A stretch of 64,000 bases of DNA from Promethearchaeota archaeon Loki_b31 (GCA_005222975.1 NJBI01000007.1:1-64000); one strand, 5' to 3'; shown: positions 1 through 10,345, numbered from the stretch's first letter. Translations and numbers: made by a program. Notes: a model not told the origin generated them from the sequence alone.

Positions 1-114
1 TGGAAGATTAACAAGGCGTGGCTCAAAAAATGTCGTAAAAAAGGGAAGATACGCCAAAAGTGGACCTTACAAGACAACCAAGACGCTTTAGTTGATTTAT
101 TTCTCGAGGCGTAA
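1..114 (+). CDS. 3' end of a CDS running off the window start (basic C-terminus; possibly a transposase)
   Basis: Frame 1 is open to TAA at 112-114: WKINKAWLKKCRKKGKIRQKWTLQDNQDALVDLFLEA. Locally higher GC. Identity cannot be established. Confidence 0.3.
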   Translation, partial: WKINKAWLKKCRKKGKIRQKWTLQDNQDALVDLFLEA

Positions 115-463
115 AGAAAATTAACAAGGGTGTATCAAAAAGGTGAGAATAATGTCGGTTCAGAAAAGAATAAAAATTAATAGAAAAAAATTACTTCCTT
201 AGATACTGAATATAGAAAAAAGATAGCAAAGAAGAAATATAAAAATATTTTTTAAACTATTTAAACTACAACTATATCTCATTTTCTTTTCTTTTAGTTT
301 AAATATGAGATTATTTATATACTTTTGATATAGAAAAGTGCAAGAAATACGATACTGCTATTGACGACCCTTTCATTCATTATGGGCATTAAATAGTAAA
401 AAAAAATATAGAGGTAAGGTAAGATGGCACCTGGATGCGGTAATATTATACCCTAAATATTTC

Positions 464-499
464 TCCCGCTTAGGTTATTTTTTAACCTAAAATGCGGGA
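464..499. terminator. Stem-loop/inverted repeat between convergent genes
   Basis: tcccgc(464-469) pairs with gcggga(494-499) and ttaggtta(470-477) pairs with taacctaa(483-490), with a T5 loop; T-rich tract downstream. Confidence 0.4.
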
Positions 500-577
500 A
501 AACCATATTTTTACTCTTTTTTTTGTAAGTATAATGCGAGATATCTAGCTCAACAAGAATAAATATTAATTTAGAAT

Positions 578-1873
578 TTAATAAAAGGAGTTACTTTTCT
601 TCTTTATACCTTCATAAGAGTCTTGATAATACAAAGTATTTGGTGGTACATCTTCCGTTACTAAGGTTTGTGCCCCTATTACAGAATTTTCGCCAATTTT
701 TTTACCACACATGATATTAGCATTAATTCCAGTCTGCACATTAGGTCCAATAATCGCCCCTAATTTTCTCCTCCCTGAATCTATTCTTTCTCCTTTAATT
801 TTAACCCAAACACTTTTATTATCAAATCGTAGGTTTGATGTTTTCGAACCTGCTCCAAGGTTTACATTTTCACAGATGATAGAATCTCCCACATAATTAA
901 AATGTGGAACATTTGAATTAGAAAAAATAATCGAATTTTTTACTTCACTTATACCAATATGACAATTATCTCCTACTGATGTATGAGGTCTTATGTATGC
1001 ATTAGGGCCAATTAAAGTATTTTCTCCAATAAAACACGGACCTTGAATGTAACTTCCCGATTTAACATTTGTATTTCTTCCAATATGAACGTTCCCGAAG
1101 ATGTGAACATTTTCTTCTACATTACCTAATATTTTTCTTTCTATTCGATCTAAAAGAAAGATATTTGCATCAAATAGTTGCCAGGGTAAGCCAATATCGC
1201 TCCAGAAATGATCTATTATAACATATCCTGTTATTTTTCCATTTAATTGATTTATTAAAATCTCCATTGAATCTGTAAATTCGTATTCGTTTCTAACAGA
1301 TTTTTTTGTTTTCTCAATTGCTTTAAATATCAAAGGATCAAAAATATAAATTCCAGCGTTAGCCAAATTTCCTACATTTAGATCTGCAGAAGGCTTTTCA
1401 ACAATTTTTTCTACAAAACCATCAAAATTTAGTGAAATTATTCCATAATCTTGAGGATTTTTTACTTCTATTAGCGAGATTAAACCTTCAATTTTATTCT
1501 CATTGAATTTCCGTAGTATTTCTTTAAATATTATTGGATCTACTAACAAATCGCCATATATCATTAAGAAAGGCTCGTCTTTAATAAAATCCTTGGCATA
1601 ACCAAAAGCATGTGCTGTACCTAAATATTCTTCTTGGGTTTTATATTCTATTTTAATTTGAAATTTATCAATTCCATTGCCAAAATATTTTCTAATTATA
1701 TCTTCTTTATAACCAACGATTAGTAATATTTCATCTATTCCGGCTTCTTTCAACCCTAAAATAGTATATTCGAGTAATGGTTTACCTGCGATTGGTATCA
1801 TAGGTTTTGGACGAGATGATGTAATTGGCATTAATCTCATTCCCTTTCCAGCAGCTAGTATAACCGATTTCAT
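578..1873 (-). CDS. glmU: Bifunctional sugar-1-phosphate nucleotidyltransferase/acetyltransferase (archaeal GlmU type)
   Basis: LAAGKGMRLMP..PKPM NTP-transferase motif; C-terminal hexapeptide left-handed beta-helix; PHFNYVGDS and GRRKLGAIIG motifs. Confidence 0.85.
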   Translation of the reverse strand: MKSVILAAGKGMRLMPITSSRPKPMIPIAGKPLLEYTILGLKEAGIDEILLIVGYKEDIIRKYFGNGIDKFQIKIEYKTQEEYLGTAHAFGYAKDFIKDEPFLMIYGDLLVDPIIFKEILRKFNENKIEGLISLIEVKNPQDYGIISLNFDGFVEKIVEKPSADLNVGNLANAGIYIFDPLIFKAIEKTKKSVRNEYEFTDSMEILINQLNGKITGYVIIDHFWSDIGLPWQLFDANIFLLDRIERKILGNVEENVHIFGNVHIGRNTNVKSGSYIQGPCFIGENTLIGPNAYIRPHTSVGDNCHIGISEVKNSIIFSNSNVPHFNYVGDSIICENVNLGAGSKTSNLRFDNKSVWVKIKGERIDSGRRKLGAIIGPNVQTGINANIMCGKKIGENSVIGAQTLVTEDVPPNTLYYQDSYEGIKKKSNSFY

Positions 1874-1984
1874 AAATGATTAGAAATATTTATTATATTA
1901 AAATTTTCTTAAGAAATTTAACAAGAATCTTACTTAAACAACTATTAAATCTAGCAAAAACAGTTAATGTCTATTGAAAGCTTT

Positions 1985-3475
1985 TCACGCTTTTTCTACA
2001 CGAAATATATGGCTATTCCAACCCTCTAATTCGATATATAATCCATTTTCACGAAGATCTTTTCCTTCATAAATATATTGGTTCCTTGTAAGCAGATCTG
2101 TAAACTTCCAGTTAAAAAGTCCAAAATCTATATCTTCTATTATTAAATGCGCTTTGGAAGAAATTAAACTATAATTGACAACAATTAATAGCCGATCCTT
2201 ATCTGTCCACCACTGATACGAAATAATATTATTGAAAGAGTTATCACTTGAATCGACAGTTTTAACTTTACATAAGGACCATTTTCCATTGTCAAACTCT
2301 CTTCCGGGAATAATTTTCAACAAATTGTCATAGAATTCCATTAGAGCTACGTCATCTTCTTCTGTCGCCGCCCTTCCTAATTGAACAGGTAATTTTATTT
2401 CGTATCCTCGTGTTTGACCTTCAAAAATTAATCGAGCGCCGGGTAGTGTTGAGGTAATAACAACAGCAGCTTTTGAAGCTTCAGTTCCGAACACCGTTAT
2501 AGCTCTTGGTTCATCGTGATTCTCAATAAAGCGAAGCAATTTACTTTGGTAATCCCAATCTGCTTTAAGATGTTCGTTAACCCTCTGAGCACTATCATTA
2601 GCTAAGCGTTCGTATAGTTTCTTATCATAACAATAATCAAATCCTTGCTGCATCAATTCAAATTCCATATCCCAATACACTTCAGCTATAAACTTAAAAT
2701 CGGGGAATTCATTTTTTACAGCAACTATAATTTCTTCCCAAAATTCTTTTTCAAGAGCCTGATCTGCTTTTTCCTTCCATGTGCGGCTGAAAACGCTATT
2801 CGTCATTAACATTGCCATATCACATCTAACACCATCACATTGTTGGGCGATCGAAAGTAGCGTGCTAATGGCTTTTGAACGAGCTTCAGACGAAAACGCA
2901 TTGATTTGCACGGTGTCGGTCCAAGCAGGAAAATTCGGATCGCGACCATGAGCATAAACAATATCTCCTAAAGAGAAAAAGTCGTACGGTTTAGATATTA
3001 AATCATCTAAAGTTCCTTTTATAAAAACATCTGATTTTTCAAGCGTCCATAGATGATCTACTGAAACATGGTTGGGAACATAATCTAAAAGTAGCAATAT
3101 TCCATGGTCAACCAATTCTTTGCGGAAGGAATTTAAACCGTCTGAACCACCAAGGTGAGAACTAACATGATAATAATATACTGAATATGGCGAACCAATA
3201 ACATCATCGGTATTAAAATAGTGTAACGCCTTACGATATTCTTCTTGTAAGCCTTCATGGTTAATCGCAATTTCTCTTCCTATAGGGCTTCGTTCCCATA
3301 CTCCCATTAACCAAATAACATCATAAGGGGTTAATTCTTGGTCAATTAATTCAACAGGTAATGTATCTAACTTAATTGTATGACCATATATCTCAGATAA
3401 ATTGTTTAACCATGACCATGTGTTAATTTCGTAAATTTTAGGGTGTTTAGGCCATGCATTCTTTTTTATTGACAT
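1985..3475 (-). CDS. GH13 alpha-amylase family glycoside hydrolase
   Basis: GH13 conserved regions DYVPNH, GVRCDMAM (nucleophile D), IAEVY (acid/base E), ENHDE. Confidence 0.9.
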   Translation of the reverse strand: MSIKKNAWPKHPKIYEINTWSWLNNLSEIYGHTIKLDTLPVELIDQELTPYDVIWLMGVWERSPIGREIAINHEGLQEEYRKALHYFNTDDVIGSPYSVYYYHVSSHLGGSDGLNSFRKELVDHGILLLLDYVPNHVSVDHLWTLEKSDVFIKGTLDDLISKPYDFFSLGDIVYAHGRDPNFPAWTDTVQINAFSSEARSKAISTLLSIAQQCDGVRCDMAMLMTNSVFSRTWKEKADQALEKEFWEEIIVAVKNEFPDFKFIAEVYWDMEFELMQQGFDYCYDKKLYERLANDSAQRVNEHLKADWDYQSKLLRFIENHDEPRAITVFGTEASKAAVVITSTLPGARLIFEGQTRGYEIKLPVQLGRAATEEDDVALMEFYDNLLKIIPGREFDNGKWSLCKVKTVDSSDNSFNNIISYQWWTDKDRLLIVVNYSLISSKAHLIIEDIDFGLFNWKFTDLLTRNQYIYEGKDLRENGLYIELEGWNSHIFRVEKA

Positions 3476-3687
3476 GATTAATTTAGGTTCGATTAATTCT
3501 TAGTATTAATGAATATTAAATATGCCTCCTAATATAAAAAATAAATCCTATTTTAGTTTCAAATTTCGAACAGAAGCTAACGAGTAATTTATTGCTAAGT
3601 AATTTTTTGTCAACTTTTTTATAAATAAATATATATAAATTATTAGACAATCATAACTATAATAAAGAAAAAGAAAAGAAGTAAGTA

Positions 3688-4260
3688 TTGAAAATGAGTG
3701 AAGAGAAAGACGCAATAAGGAAGCTAATAATGTTGATTTCGGATTTACGTGCTAAAGACGAGGAGCGTTACGAAGCGCATGTTAATTTTATGAACGAAAC
3801 CATTAAGATGATTAGTGCAATTGAGTCTCAGATGAATAAACACTGGTCTACTGTGTTAGAATCCCTAAAGGAACTAAATACGGACATAAACAATAATTTA
3901 GACAGTTTACTTACAGGGATAAACCCTAAAGGGCTTAGAGAAACATCCAAATCGCTTCAAGAAATCATGGATACAATGAACAAGAGCGTTCAATCGATGA
4001 ATTTGGAAAAGGTTTTAAGCGAACTTAAAGTTTTAAAAGCCTCTACAGTACCAAGCCTACTCACAGCAGCAATTCCTGGGACGGTTTCTGTAGGACAACA
4101 ACCAGAACTAATTACAGCTAATCTTGATCTAAAACCTCCGACTGGTGCAGTAGCTTCACAAGAACCTGAAATATACGGATTTGTTCCCGGAAAAAAGAAG
4201 AAGAAAGAAGAAGAAGAGGAAGAACCTCATTTAATGAAACCATCAGATTTATTCAAATAA
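3688..4260 (+). CDS. Hypothetical coiled-coil protein with K6E6 tail
   Basis: 190-aa ORF; helical heptad N-terminal half, Pro-rich linker, KKKKKEEEEEE near the C-terminus. ATG at 3694 is an alternative start. Confidence 0.7.
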   Translation: MKMSEEKDAIRKLIMLISDLRAKDEERYEAHVNFMNETIKMISAIESQMNKHWSTVLESLKELNTDINNNLDSLLTGINPKGLRETSKSLQEIMDTMNKSVQSMNLEKVLSELKVLKASTVPSLLTAAIPGTVSVGQQPELITANLDLKPPTGAVASQEPEIYGFVPGKKKKKEEEEEEPHLMKPSDLFK

Positions 4261-4277
4261 GTAATTACTTAATCAAT

Positions 4278-5636
4278 CTAATACTTATTTTTCAATCTTT
4301 CCATAAAAGGTTCTACACTTTTTTTGACTTGTTCTATGTTTTCGCCTATTTTTTTGAAATTAATAACTATTGATGGTATATTTAATTCAGTTTTCATTTT
4401 ATCCTTTAATGTATCGTATGTTTTTGATATTGAAGGGCACCCAAATACTTGGTTGAAGATTAAACCATCTATGTTCAATTTCTTTGCTGCTGCTAAATAT
4501 GAATTCGTCATATTTTCTTTATTGCATCCAATTCCTTTTGTTGATGAGTTCAATAGAAAACGAGAGTAATCTTCAATGGGATCGGAATTTTTTGATAAAG
4601 GGATTTCTTCCAATAAACCTAGTAAGTCCCAATCAGCATATATTATCCTTCCACCCAATTTATAAATAATTTCATGTACTTCTGGTTCCCACCCTTGGTA
4701 CATTGGGGCAAATAGCACCCTTGGCATGTGAGAAACATCCATTCCTATACCTTTTTTGATCCTCTCTCTCATTTCTTTAACTAATTGACTCATATTATTT
4801 AAGTATCTTTGAGCGTTAGAATTATAATCTTGAAATGTTATTGTTAGAAGCGCTAGAATTTCCGCAAAGGATGCAGGATTACAAGGATAGAAATTTGAAG
4901 TGCTGATCTCATAAAGAATTGTTTTATAAAATCGCTTTACCTGGTTTCCTATTCGGAATTGTTTTTGTAAGCTATTATCTGTGACAAAATTTCCAGTTAT
5001 ACCCTCTAAATCACTGATCCCCCTTTTTACACTATTTACCATCTGTTCTAGCGCCTTATTTTCATTTTCTGGGTTTTTAGGAGGAACCTCAATCGTTATT
5101 TGATTAGGAACTGTTGTTTTTAACGATTCAGAAAACTTATTCCATTCACCACAACGCATAGCGAAGTTAAGATTAGCGTCTAAGTTTTTTCCCTTTGATA
5201 AATGCATTCCATAAAGAGCGTTAATTCCATAACACAATTCAGAAGGAACGCCATTGTTAACACCTAATTCGTACATTTCATTATATTTACTATGAATAGA
5301 TGTAATAACATCTTCAAGAATTTTATCAACTATTTTTAATACATCAAATTGACGAGCGAAATCTAGAAATTTTGATGTTAAACTCCAACCTAACACACTA
5401 GTGGCGGAATTTAACATTATTAAGTACTTATTAACCTCAAACGATTCCATCCGAATTGGAAAAACTGGAATCCCTCCAACGGCAAAAGCTAAATCGGGGA
5501 ATCCTAAGGCAACTGAAATTAATTTTTTCTTTTCTTTAAACTTTTTCTTCTTTAGATACTCTCTGCCTGTTAAAAAATTATAAGCCATTTTAAGAACAGA
5601 TGTGAAACTTACGACATCATCAGCGTATATACTCGT
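4278..5636 (-). CDS. 2-hydroxyacyl-CoA dehydratase subunit (HgdA/FldB/BcrB-like), paralogue 2; probable ACG start
   Basis: Full-length similarity to 11522..12877; Fe-S Cys in LCYG, MRCG, FGCP. Homology continues 16 codons upstream of the ATG at 5588 to an ACG at 5636. Confidence 0.8.
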   Translation of the reverse strand, partial: TSIYADDVVSFTSVLKMAYNFLTGREYLKKKKFKEKKKLISVALGFPDLAFAVGGIPVFPIRMESFEVNKYLIMLNSATSVLGWSLTSKFLDFARQFDVLKIVDKILEDVITSIHSKYNEMYELGVNNGVPSELCYGINALYGMHLSKGKNLDANLNFAMRCGEWNKFSESLKTTVPNQITIEVPPKNPENENKALEQMVNSVKRGISDLEGITGNFVTDNSLQKQFRIGNQVKRFYKTILYEISTSNFYPCNPASFAEILALLTITFQDYNSNAQRYLNNMSQLVKEMRERIKKGIGMDVSHMPRVLFAPMYQGWEPEVHEIIYKLGGRIIYADWDLLGLLEEIPLSKNSDPIEDYSRFLLNSSTKGIGCNKENMTNSYLAAAKKLNIDGLIFNQVFGCPSISKTYDTLKDKMKTELNIPSIVINFKKIGENIEQVKKSVEPFMERLKNKY

Positions 5637-5736
5637 TTTAAAACCAACTCTAGTTGCTAATATAAATTGAGAATTTTCTACAACTATAATTTAAAATTAG
5701 TCATTTAATAGTAATAAAATTTATGAGCTAAATTAT

Positions 5737-5751
5737 ATGGGTTTATGATTT
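5737..5751 (+). repeat. 15-bp direct repeat, copy 1 (atgggtttatgattt)
   Basis: Identical to 8185-8199; 18/19 match when extended 4 nt to the left. Confidence 0.7.
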
Positions 5752-5882
5752 TATTTGAACATCTTCATAAAAACTCCAAGATGAGTTTTTATTTCTTCGA
5801 TTTTTTCGCCAATTTTATTAGATATAATTGTTAATGATGGTATTTCAAGTACTCAATATAATTTTTCTTTTAACATAACATA
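5751..5882 (-). pseudogene. Remnant of the 3' end of a 2-hydroxyacyl-CoA dehydratase subunit gene
   Basis: Translates YVMLKEKLY*VLEIPSLTIISNKIGEKIEEIKTHLGVFMKMFK*, versus YTMLREKVRRELEIPTTAITFNKIGESIDQMKTRLGAFMEMFK* at the end of 11522..12877. 20 of the last 32 residues are identical; one internal stop. Confidence 0.85.
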
Positions 5883-6063
5883 CTACTCTTAGAAGTTTTA
5901 TTCTAATACTCGAGTATTATCTCGGATTTGAAAATTTTTATATTTCATGGTTTACTTCTTGAAATTCGAATTTTTCCGCAAACATAAGAGTTAAGCAAGA
6001 TTTAATTGTATATAAAATGTATTATAAACCAAGAAAATTAAAATGTGAAAAAATCTGATCAAG

Positions 6064-7050
6064 ATGACTAAGGAAAAAATAAAAATTTGTGTACTTGAGA
6101 AAAAACGAGGAAATTTTTCAATACAAGAGAAATTTGCTAAAAGCGAAAATATTATCGATACAACTAATCAAGAAGTAGAACATCATTTAAGTGCTTTAAA
6201 TGAAGCGGGTTATGATGTAAAAATATTAAAATGGAATGACAATATAATTTCTGATTTAAAAAGTCTTGACATTGATATCGTATTTAATGTATCCAGCATT
6301 GTTGAAACAGCTATTTTAGAAGAATTAGAGATACCTTATGTAGGGTCTGATATTTTTGGATGCGTTATAGCAACCGATAAGGTTCTTACTAAAGATTTGT
6401 GGCTTAAAAAAGGATTACCAACATCACCTTATATTTTAGCAAGATCAAAAGAGGATTGTGAAATTTTTAAGAAAAACAAGCGTTTTGATTATCCTTTATT
6501 TATAAAACCCTCTCAAGGGAGAGGAAGTTCTGGAATCGACGAATCCTCACTTATCTGTTCATATAACGAATTAATTAAAGGAGTTGAAAAAAGATTAAAC
6601 ACAATAAATCAACCTGTTCTTATTGAAAAATTTTTAAAAGGTAGGGAAATAACATGTGGAATTATTGGTAATGGAAATCAGATTAAAGCCTTACCTTTAT
6701 TAGAAATAATACACAAGGAAAAGGAAAAATTCTTGACATTTAATAAAAAAGAGTTAGATGACGATAAATTCCAATGCCCTGCAAAATTAACTCCGAAACA
6801 GTCTAAAGAATTACAGAAATTAGCTATTTCAGCATTTCAAGCGATAAATCTTAGAGATTATGGTCGTGTAGACATGATCTTATCAGAAGAAGGTCCTTTT
6901 TTATTAGAAATAAATTGTTTTGCAGGATTAATGTGTACACCAAAAGATAAACCTCATAGTTACATGGGCTTTATGGCAATTGCAGAAAACAAAAAAAGTA
7001 GTGAATTCTTAGATGAAATTATAAAAGAAGCATTAAAAAGAATTGGATAA
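6064..7050 (+). CDS. ATP-grasp ligase, D-Ala-D-Ala ligase-like (non-canonical)
   Basis: IPYVGS..DK, PLFIKP..GSSG, EKFLKGREITCG, YGRVDM, LEIN motifs; lacks the canonical Ddl LHG..GEDG motif. Confidence 0.8.
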   Translation: MTKEKIKICVLEKKRGNFSIQEKFAKSENIIDTTNQEVEHHLSALNEAGYDVKILKWNDNIISDLKSLDIDIVFNVSSIVETAILEELEIPYVGSDIFGCVIATDKVLTKDLWLKKGLPTSPYILARSKEDCEIFKKNKRFDYPLFIKPSQGRGSSGIDESSLICSYNELIKGVEKRLNTINQPVLIEKFLKGREITCGIIGNGNQIKALPLLEIIHKEKEKFLTFNKKELDDDKFQCPAKLTPKQSKELQKLAISAFQAINLRDYGRVDMILSEEGPFLLEINCFAGLMCTPKDKPHSYMGFMAIAENKKSSEFLDEIIKEALKRIG

Positions 7051-7092
7051 CTTTCGTTCAAACTAAAAACAAATTGTATTATGTGAATTAAA

Positions 7093-8178
7093 ATGCCAAT
7101 ACTTGAAATAAATTTGAGAAAAATTAGACATAACGCAAAATTATTAAAGAATCTTTTAACTCAGCGAAATGTATCTATTATTGGAATTACAAAACTTGTC
7201 TTAGGAAACCCTACTATTGCAATGACGTTGGTTCAAGGAGGAATAGAGTATTTAGGAGATTCACGAATTAACAATATTATTAAAATGAAAAAAAATAATA
7301 TTAGAGCTCAATTTGTTTTAATTCGTATTCCAAGCATTACTGAAATTCCTCTTGTTGTTAAATACGCAAATTATAGCCTAAACTCAGAATTAAAGACCAT
7401 AAGAATGCTTTCAAATGAAGCCGTTAAACAAAAAAAGATACATAGTATAATTCTAATGGTAGATATGGGAGATTTAAGAGAAGGAATAAACATATTCAAT
7501 ATTGAATGTTTTGTCGAAGAGATTTTAAGACTAAAAAATATAAATTTAAGTGGAATTGGTACAAACTTCAAATGTTTTAGTGGTATCATCCCGACAGATG
7601 AAAATATGAATGAATTTTCTAAATTAGTATTTAGGATCAAAGATAAATTTGAATTGGAATTAGAATTTGTCTCAGGAGGAAATTCTGCAAATTTTAACTG
7701 GTTTAAATCGTGTAAAAACATTGGTGAAATAAATAATTTTAGAATTGGGGAAGCTATGTTTCTAGGAAAAGAAACAATAAATTATGAACCAATTCCAAAT
7801 CTTTATATAGACGCTTTTAAGTTAATAACAGAAATTGTTGAATTAAAACAAAGATCTGTAATCCCCAAAGGGATTATTGTATCAAATGCATTTGGGGAAA
7901 GTGTCCAAACTTACCATAAAAAAATTAACAACGGAAAAAAAAGCGATATAATTAGAACACAAGCACTTTTAAATATAGGTAGACAAGATATTGCAGTAAA
8001 TGGATTAAATCCGAAAGAAAGTATTAAAATTCTTGGAGCTTCAAGCGACTACTTAGTTGTAGATATAAGAGATAATCAATTTCAGATTGGACAAAAATTG
8101 CATTTTGATTTAAATTATGAAGCTCTTTTAAGAGCAATGACTAGTCCCTATATCCATAAGAAATTTATCGATATTTAA
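7093..8178 (+). CDS. PLP-dependent alanine/ornithine racemase family protein (Orr/YhfX-like)
   Basis: GITK (PLP lysine), GDSR, DMGDLREG, GIGTNFKC, SGGNS, RIGE, GASSDY motifs. Confidence 0.85.
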   Translation: MPILEINLRKIRHNAKLLKNLLTQRNVSIIGITKLVLGNPTIAMTLVQGGIEYLGDSRINNIIKMKKNNIRAQFVLIRIPSITEIPLVVKYANYSLNSELKTIRMLSNEAVKQKKIHSIILMVDMGDLREGINIFNIECFVEEILRLKNINLSGIGTNFKCFSGIIPTDENMNEFSKLVFRIKDKFELELEFVSGGNSANFNWFKSCKNIGEINNFRIGEAMFLGKETINYEPIPNLYIDAFKLITEIVELKQRSVIPKGIIVSNAFGESVQTYHKKINNGKKSDIIRTQALLNIGRQDIAVNGLNPKESIKILGASSDYLVVDIRDNQFQIGQKLHFDLNYEALLRAMTSPYIHKKFIDI

Positions 8179-8184
8179 ATTTAC

Positions 8185-8199
8185 ATGGGTTTATGATTT
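8185..8199 (+). repeat. 15-bp direct repeat, copy 2
   Basis: Identical to 5737-5751; begins 6 nt after the racemase stop codon. Confidence 0.7.
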
Positions 8200-8581
8200 A
8201 ATTCTGAATGGTAACAAAACACATTTTAAAAGAAGAAAATGAAAATATGAATATTTTTTTTATTAGTAAGGATAATTTTTTTAATTTATTAAAAAAAGTT
8301 CTAAAAAACATCTACATAATTGTAGAATTAAAATTTGACTCTTAATCTACTTAAAAGACACAAAATTTTAAATAATATGATTGATATTATAAAGAATAGG
8401 AAATATTTTGCATTGAAACTTAAAACGGTTTAATTATATCAATATTAGAATATATTTTTATATCCACTAAATAAATTAGGGATATAATTAGAGTCAATGG
8501 TTATTTACTGTTATTATTCAATAAAATTTTAATAATCACTGTTCTACAATCCAGTAAGTTTCTTTATTACTTATTTCAATA

Positions 8582-10345
8582 TTGTTAAGGGTGATTAAGT
8601 CAATGAAGATGAATAACATTTATTTAGAGAGAAAAATAAATAAAAGAATTTTAACTGCATGTATAGGACAATGCGTTCATGTAGCTGGTACATATAATTT
8701 CATTCAAATTTCAAAACAGTTAGGTTATAATAATCTATTTTTAGGACCTGCTACCCCTATTTCAATTGTTATCGATCAAATTAAAAAGTATGACCCTAAC
8801 ATTGTAGGGCTAAGTTATCGTTTAACGGCAGACACTGTTAGACCTTTACTAAATGAATTTTTCAAAAATTTTATAAGATTAGAGAATAAACCAAAAAAAT
8901 TATTTTTTGCTGGAACACCTGAAGTAGTTGAGATTGCAAGAAAATATGAAGGGTTCGATGAATTTTTTGTTGGAGGGGAATCAAAATTTGAATTAATTTC
9001 TATCTTGAGAAATGAGAAAGTAAAATCAGAAAGTAAAACAGAAATCCCTATGGACATTATTTCTCGAATACGATGGAAGAAACCTTATCCTGTAATTAGA
9101 GCGCACTTTGGATTACTTAATTTCAATGAGACAATAGAAGGAATAAAAGAAATTGCTAAAGCTAAAGTCTTAGATGTTATTTCAATTGCGCCCGATCAAA
9201 ATACGCAAGAAAATTATTTCCACCCTGAAAATCAAGATAAAGAATTATCTGGAGCGGGCGGGGTTCCTTTGCGCACTCAGCAAGATTTCGAGAAGCTCCA
9301 TCAAGCAAGATTAACCGGAAACTATCCGATGTTAAGGATATATGCTGGAACACGCGATTTCATTAAATTAGGAAAATTGTATCGAGATACAATTCAAAAT
9401 GCTTGGGCGGCAATTCCTATTTTTTGGTTTAATCAAATGGATAGTAGGGGGCCTTTAACTTTAAAAGATTCGATTAAACAACATCTAAACGCAATAAAGT
9501 GGCACGGAAAGCACAATATTCCCGTTGAAATAAACGATCCACATCATTGGAGCCTTCGAGATTCTCCTGATGCTATAGCTGTTGCTGATATGTATTTATG
9601 TGGAATTATAGCCAAAAAATTAGGCGTCAAAAATTTTATAGCACAGTATATGTTTAATACACCTCCATCAAGTTCACTTGATATGGACTTAGCAAAAATT
9701 CTCGCTAAAGATGAGTTACTTCAAACGCTAGCCAATGAGAACTTTACGATAATTAAGCAAGTTCGGACGGGAATAGCAAGTTTCCCATTAGATTTGGATA
9801 AAGCAAAAGGACAGCTTGCTATTGCGACATTTGTTCAATTAGCTATTAGACCAGACATTGTTCATGTAGTTAGTTCTTCTGAAGCTAGTCATGCAGCTCG
9901 TCCAGAAAACATAATAGAAAGTTGTAAAATAGTGGATCAAGTTATAGATAAAATTTATTCCAGTAAAATTAACATTATAGATAAAAAAATTGAGGAAAGG
10001 AAAGAAGAATTAATAAGACAAGCCAAATGGATAGTTAATTTAATACCTCATTTAACAAAAAATGAAGATGAAACGAAAAGTCCATATACCAATTATGAAG
10101 TATTAAGTCGACTCGTAGAATATGGTATATTTGATGCCCCACATTTAAAAAACAATAAATTTGCGTTGGGTAAAATTAAAACCAAAGTAATTAACGGTGC
10201 TTGTTATTCGTGGAATGAATCTCAGCAAAAAATTTACGATGAAATTGAAAGAATAAAAGACATTATTTTTAATAGCCCATTTAAAAATTTTTCAGATTCA
10301 TTACAACAAAAAGAAAAATCCATCACAAAGGTGATGGATGAATGA
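8582..10345 (+). CDS. Cobalamin-binding domain protein with C-terminal mutase-like (probable TIM-barrel) domain
   Basis: N-terminal B12-binding Rossmann domain with CVHVAG (variant of DxHxxG) and VGLSY; large C-terminal catalytic-type domain. The true start may be a later ATG. Confidence 0.75.
   Translation: MLRVIKSMKMNNIYLERKINKRILTACIGQCVHVAGTYNFIQISKQLGYNNLFLGPATPISIVIDQIKKYDPNIVGLSYRLTADTVRPLLNEFFKNFIRLENKPKKLFFAGTPEVVEIARKYEGFDEFFVGGESKFELISILRNEKVKSESKTEIPMDIISRIRWKKPYPVIRAHFGLLNFNETIEGIKEIAKAKVLDVISIAPDQNTQENYFHPENQDKELSGAGGVPLRTQQDFEKLHQARLTGNYPMLRIYAGTRDFIKLGKLYRDTIQNAWAAIPIFWFNQMDSRGPLTLKDSIKQHLNAIKWHGKHNIPVEINDPHHWSLRDSPDAIAVADMYLCGIIAKKLGVKNFIAQYMFNTPPSSSLDMDLAKILAKDELLQTLANENFTIIKQVRTGIASFPLDLDKAKGQLAIATFVQLAIRPDIVHVVSSSEASHAARPENIIESCKIVDQVIDKIYSSKINIIDKKIEERKEELIRQAKWIVNLIPHLTKNEDETKSPYTNYEVLSRLVEYGIFDAPHLKNNKFALGKIKTKVINGACYSWNESQQKIYDEIERIKDIIFNSPFKNFSDSLQQKEKSITKVMDE

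Noticed and set aside
6064-8178. Peptidoglycan synthesis (ddl + alr)
   Set aside because: The ligase lacks canonical Ddl substrate motifs, the racemase is Orr-like, there are no mur genes, and the host is archaeal.
8200-8581. Cobalamin riboswitch upstream of the B12 protein
   Set aside because: The region is extremely AT-rich with no B12-box or plausible stems.
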